24,747 bases of DNA. Origin: Stellaceae bacterium. Its GTDB lineage: Bacteria; Pseudomonadota; Alphaproteobacteria; ATCC43930; CGMCC-115725. Below are positions 1 through 8,269 of the stretch, piece after piece. The notes under the pieces are model-generated. The model was not told the origin of the DNA. It did no database searches and worked only from the letters and a program-made list of their open reading frames with translations. Location of the stretch: the NCBI GenBank assembly GCA_049689615.1, contig JBAVMB010000351.1, positions 1-24,747 on the forward strand. Reading direction: 5' to 3'. A program made the position numbers and the translations under genes. How positions within the stretch are numbered: position 1 is the first letter of the stretch; each line of letters starts with the position of its first letter.

Positions 1-18
1 AGCTGCCGGTGTCGATGG

Positions 19-32
19 TTGATGTAAATCAA
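19..32 (+). promoter_or_regulatory. FNR/FixK-type binding box (TTGAT-GTAA-ATCAA)
   Basis: Perfect TTGAT-N4-ATCAA consensus, centred about 60 bp upstream of the ATG at 86, compatible with a class II (-41.5) promoter. Confidence 0.9.
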
Positions 33-85
33 CGTCCAGAACTACCCGCGGCGCTTAATGCACAGGCAAGAGAGGCGGGTGCGCC

Positions 86-526
86 ATGCAGACACCGATT
101 ACCTGGTACGTATTGGCCGACGGCTCGCGGGCGCGAATCGTCACGCGGCCAGATCCGGCAGCGGACTACGTCGTCATCTTCGCCGAGGATTCGGCGTCTG
201 CTCACGCGCGGTCGCACGACCTGATGAGCGAACGGCCGGGCCGCGGCCAGGAAAGCGCCTATTCGGGGCGGCATGCGATCGAACCGCGGCATGACGCCCA
301 TCGCCTGGAACAGGCGAAGTTCTTGCGTTCGCTCGTCGCGCATGTGAACCGCGAAAGCGCACGCGGCAGCTTCGACCACCTCGTCATCTACGCTTCACCG
401 CGGTGCCTGACGACGCTGCGCGACGGCCTCGATCCGATGACCGCGAAAAAACTGCGCGGCGAGTACCCCAAGGACTTGACGAAGACGCCGTTGGCGGAGT
501 TGCCGGCGCATTTCGGCACGGCCTGA
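86..526 (+). CDS. Host attachment family protein (AtsE-like; bacterial aeRF1-related domain)
   Basis: 146 aa with TWYVLADGSRARI, DLMSERPGR, FDHLVIYASPRCLTTLR and KDLTK motifs typical of the family; GAGAGG RBS upstream. Confidence 0.85.
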   Translation: MQTPITWYVLADGSRARIVTRPDPAADYVVIFAEDSASAHARSHDLMSERPGRGQESAYSGRHAIEPRHDAHRLEQAKFLRSLVAHVNRESARGSFDHLVIYASPRCLTTLRDGLDPMTAKKLRGEYPKDLTKTPLAELPAHFGTA

Positions 527-575
527 GCGGCCCCGCGCGCGCCGCCGCCTAGAGCCCGCTACATAGGAGCGTGAC

Positions 576-824
576 ATGCCATACAACTCAAACACCGCAC
601 TGCCCGGTCCAGTCCGCCACCACCTTCCCGCAGGCGCACAGACGATCTACCGCGAGGCCTTCAACGGCGCATGGCGCCAATACGCCTCCAGCGACCGGCG
701 TGAAGAGATCGCGCATCGGGTGGCCTGGGCGGCGGTCAAGCGGCGCTACCGCAAGGACGGCGACATGTGGGTGCCGTCGGCGCCCGCGCCACCAAGCCGG
801 CCACCCCGCGCCCGTCGCGGGTAA
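576..824 (+). CDS. chaB: ChaB family protein
   Basis: MPY..N..LP..VR.HLP..AQ.IY.EAFN.AW...EEIAHRVAWAAVKRRY.K.G..WV is the ChaB signature; AGGAG RBS upstream; extra Pro/Arg-rich tail. Confidence 0.9.
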   Translation: MPYNSNTALPGPVRHHLPAGAQTIYREAFNGAWRQYASSDRREEIAHRVAWAAVKRRYRKDGDMWVPSAPAPPSRPPRARRG

Positions 825-835
825 GCAGATCCCCT

Positions 836-855
836 TACGGAGCAATCCGTATTTT
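836..855 (+). terminator. Short hairpin with GCAA loop and T4; possible weak terminator after chaB, or a palindromic protein-binding site
   Basis: TACGGA-GCAA-TCCGTA-TTTT starting 12 nt after the chaB stop. Confidence 0.45.
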
Positions 856-925
856 CCGCCATCTTCCGTCTGCGATTATCGGCGCAACGCCGGCCGCACG
901 CCGACGAAGAAGACGGAGAGAAGTT

Positions 926-1120
926 ATGCGTTCAGTATTGTCGCTCGATGTCGCCCAGCTCAACCACCTGCGCGCGAAAATCGCCGAACTCGAGGCAAGG
1001 CCGCCGATGGAGCAGGCACGCAAGCAGTGCCTGCTGCAAGCGCTGCGGCTCGAGGAGAGGTCGCTGCGGCAGTACACGCGGCGTCTGCACCCTGGAGCCG
1101 TCCCCGCAGAATTGGCGTAA
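926..1120 (+). CDS. Hypothetical small helical protein (64 aa)
   Basis: ATG at 926 preceded by GGAGAG; fills the gap between chaB and the next FNR box; amphipathic helical pattern (LNHLRAKIAELE, LLQALRLEERSLRQY). Confidence 0.55.
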   Translation: MRSVLSLDVAQLNHLRAKIAELEARPPMEQARKQCLLQALRLEERSLRQYTRRLHPGAVPAELA

Positions 1121-1133
1121 TTCGGCCGAGCGC

Positions 1134-1147
1134 TTGAGTTAAATCAA
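1134..1147 (+). promoter_or_regulatory. FNR/FixK-type box (TTGAG-TTAA-ATCAA)
   Basis: One mismatch to consensus; intergenic, directly upstream of the HlyD/ABC operon. Confidence 0.8.
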
Positions 1148-1180
1148 CGCCTGTAACGCGCTGGCGCGCGACAAAGTCGC

Positions 1181-2185
1181 ATGCACCCCTGGTCCCAGAT
1201 GTCGCGCACCCGGCGGCTTGTCGTCGCCGGCATTTTCCTGGCGATCATCGGAGTCGCCGCCGTCGGCTGGGCACCCGCCTGGACCGCGTGGCTTGGACTG
1301 AGGCGCCCCGCCGCTGCGTTGCTGGTTTCCGGCAATATCGAAGCGCATGAAAGCGTGCTTGGCTTCAAGACAGTCCAATCGCGCATCGTCGAGTTGCCAT
1401 TCAACGAGGGCGCTTTCGTCAAAGCTGGAACGGCCGTCGCGCGTGTCGACGACTCCGATTACCGGAAGCAAGTCGACATAGCGCAGGCGACGCTCGAGGT
1501 GCAGGAGCGCCAATTGGCCTCGACCGAGCAGAACGTCCATGCGTTGCAGAAGACGGTAATGAGCGACCGCGCCGACGTTGCTTTCAAGAAAAGCGACGCC
1601 GCGCGATACGACACGCTGTGGAAGGCGGGCTGGGTTTCGACACAGCAGCACGAGTCGAGTGAGACCGCATACAAGCAGGCGACAGCGGTGCTTGAGCGCG
1701 GCGAGGCGCTTGAGCTCGTCGCTGAACGCAATGTCGCCCTCGCGCAAGCAAATATCCACAATGCCCAGCAGTCGCTCGATCTCGCCAAGATCGTGCTCGG
1801 TTACACGACGCTACAGGCGCCGTTCGATGGCGTTATTCTCGTGCGCCAGGCTGAACTCGGCGAAATCGCCCAACCGGGCTCGCCGGTGATCACGCTCGCC
1901 GATCTCGATCACGTTTGGCTGCGCGCCTACATCAACGAAACCGACATCGGCCGCGTCCGGCTCGGCGCCAAGGTCGCGGTGAGTACGGATACGTTTCCCG
2001 GCAAAATGTATGACGGCCGGGTTTCCTTCATATCCGAAAGCGCGGAGTTCACGCCTAAATCGGTTGAGACCCATGCCGAACGGGTAACGCTCGTCTACCG
2101 CATCAAAATCGATATCGACAATCTGACGCACGAATTGGTGCCCGGCATGCCGGCAGACGGCCGTATCCAGCTCGCGGGGCCGTGA
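1181..2185 (+). CDS. ybhG: HlyD family membrane fusion protein (YbhG-like); alternative start at 1199
   Basis: N-terminal TM anchor, VSGNIEA, coiled-coil hairpin, LQAPFDGVI, WLRAYINETDIGRV, AEFTPKSVET..ER..LVYRIKI, L.PGMPAD motifs. Confidence 0.88.
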   Translation: MHPWSQMSRTRRLVVAGIFLAIIGVAAVGWAPAWTAWLGLRRPAAALLVSGNIEAHESVLGFKTVQSRIVELPFNEGAFVKAGTAVARVDDSDYRKQVDIAQATLEVQERQLASTEQNVHALQKTVMSDRADVAFKKSDAARYDTLWKAGWVSTQQHESSETAYKQATAVLERGEALELVAERNVALAQANIHNAQQSLDLAKIVLGYTTLQAPFDGVILVRQAELGEIAQPGSPVITLADLDHVWLRAYINETDIGRVRLGAKVAVSTDTFPGKMYDGRVSFISESAEFTPKSVETHAERVTLVYRIKIDIDNLTHELVPGMPADGRIQLAGP

Positions 2186-2186
2186 C

Positions 2187-3128
2187 ATGGCGGCCACCGA
2201 ACCGGCGATATCTGTCCACGGACTCTGCAAGCGTTTCGGAACCGTCAGCGCCGTCGACGACGTGACCTTTGCCGCCGAACGCGGCGCGATCTTCGGCTTG
2301 GTTGGGCCGGATGGCGCCGGCAAAACCGCGACCATACGCATGCTGGCAGGCGTCATGCGGCCAGATGCTGGGAGCATTGAGGTCGACGGCGTCGATGTCG
2401 TGGCCGATCCTGAGACGGCGAAACGCCATTTGAGCTACATGCCACAGCGGTTTGGACTCTACGAAGACCTTACCGTCGACGAAAACATCCGCTTTTACGC
2501 CGATCTCTTCGAGGTATCGCGCGCCCAGCGCGAGGAACGGACGCGACCGCTGATCGAAGCGTCGAACATGGCCGACTTCCGCGACCGGCTTGCCGGGCAG
2601 CTTTCCGGCGGCATGAAGCAGAAACTCGGCCTGATCTGCGCGCTGGTGCATACGCCGCGGATTCTGCTGCTCGACGAGCCGACGACCGGCGTTGATCCGG
2701 TCTCGCGCCGTGATTTCTGGCGCATCCTCTTCGACTTGCGCGAATCTGGCGTGACCATCTTCATCTCGACCGCCTATCTCGACGAGGCCGAACGCTGCAC
2801 CCGGCTCGCCCTGCTTCACGAAGGGCGCCTGCGCTATTGCGACACTCCACAGGCCCTCAAGGCCCGAATGCCGGGTACGCTGCTGACGATTTCATCGGTG
2901 GCCGCGCGGGCGGCGCGCAATGCCGTCGGTGGCCTGGCCGGCGTGTCCAGCGTGCTGCTCGTCGGCGACGGAGTCCATGTCGTGGTCGACGACCGCGAAC
3001 GGCGCCTGCCGGCGCTGCGCGCGGCGCTCGACGCGCGGCGGATTCCCTATAGCGACATCGCGGTCGCAACGCCGACCGTCGAAGATTTGTTCATCGGTTT
3101 GCTTGGCAGCCAGCGGCAGAACGCATGA
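2187..3128 (+). CDS. ABC transporter ATP-binding protein (resembles the YbhF N-terminal half)
   Basis: Walker A GPDGAGKT, YMPQRFGLYEDLTV, signature LSGGMKQKL, Walker B LLLDEPTTGVDP. Confidence 0.92.
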   Translation: MAATEPAISVHGLCKRFGTVSAVDDVTFAAERGAIFGLVGPDGAGKTATIRMLAGVMRPDAGSIEVDGVDVVADPETAKRHLSYMPQRFGLYEDLTVDENIRFYADLFEVSRAQREERTRPLIEASNMADFRDRLAGQLSGGMKQKLGLICALVHTPRILLLDEPTTGVDPVSRRDFWRILFDLRESGVTIFISTAYLDEAERCTRLALLHEGRLRYCDTPQALKARMPGTLLTISSVAARAARNAVGGLAGVSSVLLVGDGVHVVVDDRERRLPALRAALDARRIPYSDIAVATPTVEDLFIGLLGSQRQNA

Positions 3129-4075
3129 ATGCCGCCGAAGCACCCGACGCCCCTATTGTCGCTGATCGGCTGGTCAAACGGTTCGGCAGGTTCACGGCGG
3201 TTGACGGCGTAAGCTTTCGCATCGGCCGCGGTGAGATCGTCGGCTTTCTTGGCCCCAACGGCGCCGGCAAGTCGACGACGATCCGTATGCTCTGCGGCCT
3301 GCTGCGGCCATCGGATGGCCAGGCGCGCGTCGCCGGCTTCGACGTCGGCCGCGATCCCGAACGGGTGCGCGAACATATCGGCTATATGTCGCAGAAATTC
3401 TCGCTCTACGGCGATCTCACGGTAACGGAGAACCTGCGCTTTTATGGCGGCATCTATCGCGTACCGTCGGCCCTGCTCGCCGAGCGCATGCACTTCGTGA
3501 TCGGCATGGCCGGGCTTGCCGGCCGCGAGAACGCCCTGGTGCGAACGCTGGCGGGTGGCTGGAAACAGCGCTTGGCGCTCGGCTGCGCGATTCTGCATCG
3601 ACCGCCGATCCTGTTCCTCGACGAACCGACGTCGGGCGTCGATCCCGAGTCGCGCCGCCGCTTTTGGGATCTAATCCACACGTTATCGGCCGACGGCGTG
3701 GCGGTGCTGGTCTCGACCCATTACATGGACGAGGCCGAATATTGCGATCGTATCGCGTTGATCGATCGCGGCCGGCTCATTTCGTTCGACACGCCGGCGG
3801 CCCTCAAGCGCGGTTTCCCAGGCGGCGATTTGCTGGTGATCGAATGCGACGCGCTCGGCGCCGCCATCAGCGTGCTCGAAACGGCGACCAGCGTGCGCGA
3901 TGTCGCGGCCTTCGGCAATACGTTGCACGTCCTTGTCGCCGATCGCGCCGCCGCAATTGCAGCGCTGCCCTCCATTCTGGCCGGCGGGGGCGTTACCGTG
4001 ACGCGCATCGAGCCGATCCCGCCGTCGTTTGAAGATATTTTCGTCCAGCTCGTCGGGCGAAAGGCGGCGGCATGA
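3125..4075 (+). CDS. ABC transporter ATP-binding protein (resembles the YbhF C-terminal half)
   Basis: Walker A GPNGAGKST, YMSQKFSLYGDLTV, LAGGWKQRL, LFLDEPTSGVDP, STHYMDEAE; ATGA overlap with the previous gene. Confidence 0.92.
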   Translation: MNAAEAPDAPIVADRLVKRFGRFTAVDGVSFRIGRGEIVGFLGPNGAGKSTTIRMLCGLLRPSDGQARVAGFDVGRDPERVREHIGYMSQKFSLYGDLTVTENLRFYGGIYRVPSALLAERMHFVIGMAGLAGRENALVRTLAGGWKQRLALGCAILHRPPILFLDEPTSGVDPESRRRFWDLIHTLSADGVAVLVSTHYMDEAEYCDRIALIDRGRLISFDTPAALKRGFPGGDLLVIECDALGAAISVLETATSVRDVAAFGNTLHVLVADRAAAIAALPSILAGGGVTVTRIEPIPPSFEDIFVQLVGRKAAA

Positions 4076-5208
4076 GACTGCAACGCCTGAAAGCCCTGGC
4101 GATCAAGGAAACGCTGCAGATTTGGCGCGATCCGCGCAGCCTGCTGATCGCTCTGCTCATGCCGTTCATGCAGATGGCGTTACTCGGCTATGGGGTCAGT
4201 CTCGACATCAAGCATCTGCCAATTTGCGTCTTCGATCGCGAAGCAAGCCAGAGTAGCCAAGCCTTGCTCAAACGCTTTCAGGCGTCAGAATATTTCACGA
4301 TCGTCAAAGTCGCCGATACGTATCGCGCGGTGACCGCCGCGATCGATCGCGGCGATTGTCGCATGGCTATCGTCATTCCGCCCGATTTCAGCGAACGGCT
4401 GAACGATCCCGGCATCACCAGTATCCAGGCGGTCGTCGACGGCACCGACACCAATACCGCCAATATCGCCGCCGGCTACGCTCAGGCTGTCATCGGAGGC
4501 TTCGCTGCGGACACGCAGATTGCACTGATTTCGTCCGACGGACGTCCTCTCCAATTGGTGCAGCCTGTCGTGTTGCAATCCCGCGTGTGGTTCAACGAAG
4601 ACCTGTCGAGCCGGAACTTCATCATTCCCGGGGTGATCGCATTGGTCATGGCGCTGGTCGGCGCACAGCTGACGTCACTGACCATCGCACGCGAATGGGA
4701 GCGCGGCACGATGGAGCTGCTCATCTCTACGCCGGCGACGCCGACGGAAGTCATGCTCGGGAAGCTCGCGCCTTACTTCGCCATCGGACTACTCGATGCC
4801 GCATTCTGCGTGGCCTTGGCCGTTTTCTGGTTCGACGTGCCATTTCGCGGCACGCTGCCGACCCTCTTCCTGGTGACCGTTCTGTTTCTCGTCGTCGTTC
4901 TCGGCGTCGGTTATCTGATTTCTGTCAACATTAGGAGCCAAGTCGGCGCAGCACAGGTGGGCCTGCTGGTCACATTGTTGCCGACGACGCTGCTGTCCGG
5001 ATTTACCTTCCCGATCGACCAGATGCCGGCGGTGATCCAAGCCATCAGCTATATGGCGTTTGCGCGCTACTACATCACAGCTCTCAAGGCGCTGTTCCTC
5101 AAAGGTTCGGGGATCATCGATCTGGCGGCGCCGCTGGGGGCGATGGTGATCTACGCCGCGGTGATCGCGTATCTCGCTGCGCGCGCCTTCCGCAAGGCTT
5201 TGGATTGA
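4072..5208 (+). CDS. ybhS: ABC-2 type permease (YbhS-like)
   Basis: KETLQIWRDPRS, VDGTDTNTA, WFNEDLSSRNFIIPG, AREWERGTMELL, LSGFTFPIDQMP; multiple TM helices. Confidence 0.88.
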   Translation: MRLQRLKALAIKETLQIWRDPRSLLIALLMPFMQMALLGYGVSLDIKHLPICVFDREASQSSQALLKRFQASEYFTIVKVADTYRAVTAAIDRGDCRMAIVIPPDFSERLNDPGITSIQAVVDGTDTNTANIAAGYAQAVIGGFAADTQIALISSDGRPLQLVQPVVLQSRVWFNEDLSSRNFIIPGVIALVMALVGAQLTSLTIAREWERGTMELLISTPATPTEVMLGKLAPYFAIGLLDAAFCVALAVFWFDVPFRGTLPTLFLVTVLFLVVVLGVGYLISVNIRSQVGAAQVGLLVTLLPTTLLSGFTFPIDQMPAVIQAISYMAFARYYITALKALFLKGSGIIDLAAPLGAMVIYAAVIAYLAARAFRKALD

Positions 5209-5213
5209 GCGCC

Positions 5214-6347
5214 ATGTTCGAGCGCATCTGGCAGATTGTCATCAAGGAGTTTCTCGAGCTGCGCCGCGATAAATGGGCGCGTTTCCGGCTGATCGTGCCG
5301 CCGCTCGTGCAGATGCTGGTGTTCGGCTACGCCGCGACGTTCGAAGTCTATCACGTCGCAACCGTCGTCCTCGACCGCGACCAGACCCAGGAGAGCCGCG
5401 AGCTGATTTCCCGTTTCACCTTCAGCAATCGGTTCGACGTCGTGCGCCTCGCGCAGACCGACGCGGAGGTCGAGCGCGCTATTGACCGCGGCGAGGCTGT
5501 CGTCGCCGTGGTAGTCCATCCCGGCTTTGCAAATCTGCTGCGCAAGGGCCAATCCGCGCCGGTGCAAGCAATCGTCGACGGCACGAATTCCAATACCGCG
5601 CTCATCGCGTTGGGCTATCTCAACATTATCGTCGACGATTTCTCGGCTGACTATGCCACCGACCTCGTGCGTCGTGGATTGGCAGGACCGCATCCCAAGA
5701 TGGTGACGATCGGTCTCGAGATGCGGCCCTGGTACAATCCCGACCTCAACGGCCGGTGGTTCTTCGTGCCCGGCGTCGTCGCCTCGCTCACGCTCGTGCT
5801 GGTTGTCAGCCTTACGGCCTCCGCGATTGTGCGCGAGCGCGAGGTCGGGACGCTCGAACAGCTGATGGTGACGCCGATCCGCCCGATCGAGCTCATTCTC
5901 GGCAAGGCGATTCCATTTTTCGCCATCGGCTTGGCCGAGGTGGCGCTCGTCGCGATCTTCGGGACGCTGTGGTTCCAGATTCCGTTCGTGGGCAACCCGC
6001 TGATCCTACTCCTTGGCACGGTCCTGTTTTTATTCAGCACACTCGGACTGGGAATCCTGATTTCGACCGTGTCCAAGACCGAACAACAGGCTTTTGCCTC
6101 CAACTTCTTCGTCCTCAACCCGATGTTCATCCTCTCGGGATTCAGCTTCCCGATCAGCAGCATGCCTGACGTATTGCAGTGGCTGACTTATATCGATCCA
6201 ATGCGCTATTACCTCGTGGTCATTCGTGGCACCTTCATCAAAGGTATCGGCCTCGACGCTTTGTGGCCGGATATGCTCGGCATGGCTGCGCTCGGTTGCC
6301 TCCTACTGTCTGTCAGCATTCTGCGATTCCGGAAATCGCTGGATTAG
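5214..6347 (+). CDS. ybhR: ABC-2 type permease (YbhR-like); in-frame TTG at 5205 is an alternative start
   Basis: KEFLELRRD, VDGTNSNTA, WYNPDL, VREREVGTLEQLMVTP, LSGFSFPISSMP, DPMRYY. Confidence 0.88.
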   Translation: MFERIWQIVIKEFLELRRDKWARFRLIVPPLVQMLVFGYAATFEVYHVATVVLDRDQTQESRELISRFTFSNRFDVVRLAQTDAEVERAIDRGEAVVAVVVHPGFANLLRKGQSAPVQAIVDGTNSNTALIALGYLNIIVDDFSADYATDLVRRGLAGPHPKMVTIGLEMRPWYNPDLNGRWFFVPGVVASLTLVLVVSLTASAIVREREVGTLEQLMVTPIRPIELILGKAIPFFAIGLAEVALVAIFGTLWFQIPFVGNPLILLLGTVLFLFSTLGLGILISTVSKTEQQAFASNFFVLNPMFILSGFSFPISSMPDVLQWLTYIDPMRYYLVVIRGTFIKGIGLDALWPDMLGMAALGCLLLSVSILRFRKSLD

Positions 6348-6367
6348 GCAGCGACCCGCAACTCGGC

Positions 6368-6381
6368 TTGACCTAGATCAA
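6368..6381 (+). promoter_or_regulatory. FNR/FixK-type box (TTGAC-CTAG-ATCAA)
   Basis: One mismatch to consensus; the -10-like AACAAT at 6404-6409 places the box centre at about -41.5 (predicted TSS near 6416). Confidence 0.85.
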
Positions 6382-6465
6382 TGCCCGCGCATCGCGGATG
6401 TCGAACAATAAACCTAGGACGGCTGGCGTTGCAGGAACGCCATGCAGTTTTTTCAGGAGGTGTTT

Positions 6466-6972
6466 ATGGCTAATGCGCGCACTCCGGCCGAAGTCAAATC
6501 GCCTGCGGCCGGTACACCCGACGTTTGGCGGTCACTCCGCAGCGAAATGGATCGGCTGTTCGATCGCTTCGCCCTTCCGTCATGGTCGTCGCTCCCTTCG
6601 TTTCCGTCGCTGTTCGATACGGCACCCAGTTTCTCGTTCAACGCGCCGGCGGTGGACATCACCGAGGACGACAAGGCCTACAAGATCGCAGCTGAGTTGC
6701 CCGGCCTGGACGAGAAGGACGTCGACGTGAGCGTGAATGGCGATCTGCTGGTGCTCAAGGGCGAGAAGCGGCAGGAGAAGGAAGAAAGCGGCAAAAATAC
6801 GTATATGTGCGAGCGCTCCTACGGATCGTTCCAACGCGCTTTCAGCCTTCCCGGCGGCATCGACCGCAACAAGATTGGCGCCGACTTCAGCAAAGGCGTC
6901 TTGACCGTAACGTTGCCGAAGAGCGTCGAAGCGCAGAAGCAGCAGAAGAAGGTCGAGATCAAAACCCATTAA
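6466..6972 (+). CDS. Hsp20/alpha-crystallin small heat shock protein
   Basis: PAVDITE, AELPGLDEKDVDV, LKGEK, ERSYGSFQRAFSLP, A.FSKGVLTVTLPK and C-terminal V-E-I motif; strong AGGAGGT RBS favours the ATG at 6466 over 6442. Confidence 0.95.
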   Translation: MANARTPAEVKSPAAGTPDVWRSLRSEMDRLFDRFALPSWSSLPSFPSLFDTAPSFSFNAPAVDITEDDKAYKIAAELPGLDEKDVDVSVNGDLLVLKGEKRQEKEESGKNTYMCERSYGSFQRAFSLPGGIDRNKIGADFSKGVLTVTLPKSVEAQKQQKKVEIKTH

Positions 6973-6999
6973 ATCGGGCAACCTTCGAGGCGATTGGTG

Positions 7000-7027
7000 G
7001 CGCCGGGCAATGCCCGGCGCTTTTATT
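7000..7027 (+). terminator. Rho-independent terminator after hsp20
   Basis: GCGCCGGGC-AAT-GCCCGGCGC 9-bp stem followed by TTTTATT. Confidence 0.8.
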
Positions 7028-7053
7028 GGCGCAGATACGGCCGATTCGTGGAC

Positions 7054-7067
7054 TTGAGGTAGATCAA
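7054..7067 (+). promoter_or_regulatory. FNR/FixK-type box (TTGAG-GTAG-ATCAA)
   Basis: One mismatch to consensus; lies between the terminator and the BON gene, centre about 60 bp before the ATG. Confidence 0.82.
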
Positions 7068-7119
7068 GGCACCAGCTTGGACTCCGCGCCACGCTGATAT
7101 CGGGCTACGACGGGAGCGG

Positions 7120-7785
7120 ATGATGAAACTCAGCGACGATCTTCAATTGCAGCAGCGCGTACTGGACGAACTCACGTTCGATCCCAGCGTCAACGCGGCC
7201 CATATCGGGATTGCAGCGCGGAGCGGCGTCGTCACTTTGAGCGGCCACGTGCACAGCGTCGCCGAGAAATTCGCTGCTGAACGGGCGGTGCGCCGTGTGA
7301 AAGGCGTCAAAGCGATTGCGCAGGAGCTTGCCATCCATCTTCCGCCGGATAAGAAAACCGCGGACGATGAAATCGCACAGCGAGCGGTGAAAATGCTCGA
7401 ATGGGACGTGCTGATACCGCCAGGCGCAATCAGCATCGAAGTCGAGCATGGGGTGATTACTTTGTCCGGCACCGTCGAATGGGGCTACCAGCGCGACGAG
7501 GCGGGGCGGGATCTCCACCGGCTCGGTGGCGTCAACGCTATCGTCAATCTGATCGAAATTCGGCCGCACGTCGACGCGGCCGATGTACACGCCAGCCTGC
7601 GCGCCGCGTTTGAGCGCAATGCCGAGCTTGAAGCCGGCGGCATCACCGTTGCCGTCAAAGATTCCTGCGTGATTCTGAGCGGTAAGGTGAAGAGTTGGAT
7701 TGAGCGAGAGGCGGCGGAGCGCGCTGCCTGGTCAGTTCCCGGCGTCACCGCGGTCGAGGACCAAATCGCGATCACACGTCCGTAA
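7120..7785 (+). CDS. Triple BON domain protein (OsmY-like, no signal peptide)
   Basis: Three repeats: GVVTLSGHV...AVRRVKGVKAI; GVITLSGTV...LGGVNAIVNLI; VILSGKV...AAWSVPGVTAVEDQI. Confidence 0.9.
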   Translation: MMKLSDDLQLQQRVLDELTFDPSVNAAHIGIAARSGVVTLSGHVHSVAEKFAAERAVRRVKGVKAIAQELAIHLPPDKKTADDEIAQRAVKMLEWDVLIPPGAISIEVEHGVITLSGTVEWGYQRDEAGRDLHRLGGVNAIVNLIEIRPHVDAADVHASLRAAFERNAELEAGGITVAVKDSCVILSGKVKSWIEREAAERAAWSVPGVTAVEDQIAITRP

Positions 7786-7811
7786 CCGAAACGCAACCCT
7801 GCGGACACGAC

Positions 7812-8255
7812 ATGCGCACCATCCTCGTCGGCCTCGACGGCTCGGAATCCGCCAACCGCGCGACCGAATTCTCTGCGACATTGGCAAAGGCCTGCGGCGC
7901 CAAACTGGTCCTCGTCTGCGTCGCGGCGGTTGACGCGCACCTGACGGTCGACGCGGGTTTCAAGGCCATGCTCGAATCCGAACAGATCACCCTCGGTGAA
8001 TTTCTCGAGAACGAAGCCCGCATGACTTTGGAAAAGGCCAAGCCGCGCGCCGAGAAAATCCGTGGCGGCAGCGTCGGAACCGTCGTGCGGCTCGGTGAGA
8101 CAGCCGAGACGATCATTGCGCTGTTACCGGAATACGGCGATCCGCTGATCGTAGTCGGCCGCCGCGGCCGCGGCCAATTGGCCGGCCTGCTTCTGGGCAG
8201 CGTGTCACAAAAGCTCACGACGCACGCCCCCTGTCCGGTCATCATCGTCCCGTAG
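7812..8255 (+). CDS. Universal stress protein (ATP-binding type)
   Basis: ILVGLDGSESA at the N-terminus; G-2x-G-9x-GS motif (GRRGRGQLAGLLLGS); HAPCPVIIVP at the C-terminus. Confidence 0.93.
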   Translation: MRTILVGLDGSESANRATEFSATLAKACGAKLVLVCVAAVDAHLTVDAGFKAMLESEQITLGEFLENEARMTLEKAKPRAEKIRGGSVGTVVRLGETAETIIALLPEYGDPLIVVGRRGRGQLAGLLLGSVSQKLTTHAPCPVIIVP

Positions 8256-8269
8256 CATACTGATGGGCC

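Noticed and set aside
767..925. N-terminal extension of the 117-aa ORF call
   Set aside because: Overlaps chaB and the hairpin; the ATG at 926 has the RBS
2187..4075. Two ATPase ORFs as a frameshifted ybhF pseudogene
   Set aside because: Each is complete with its own C-terminal extension (PTVEDLF / PSFEDIF), and they are joined by a normal ATGA stop-start overlap
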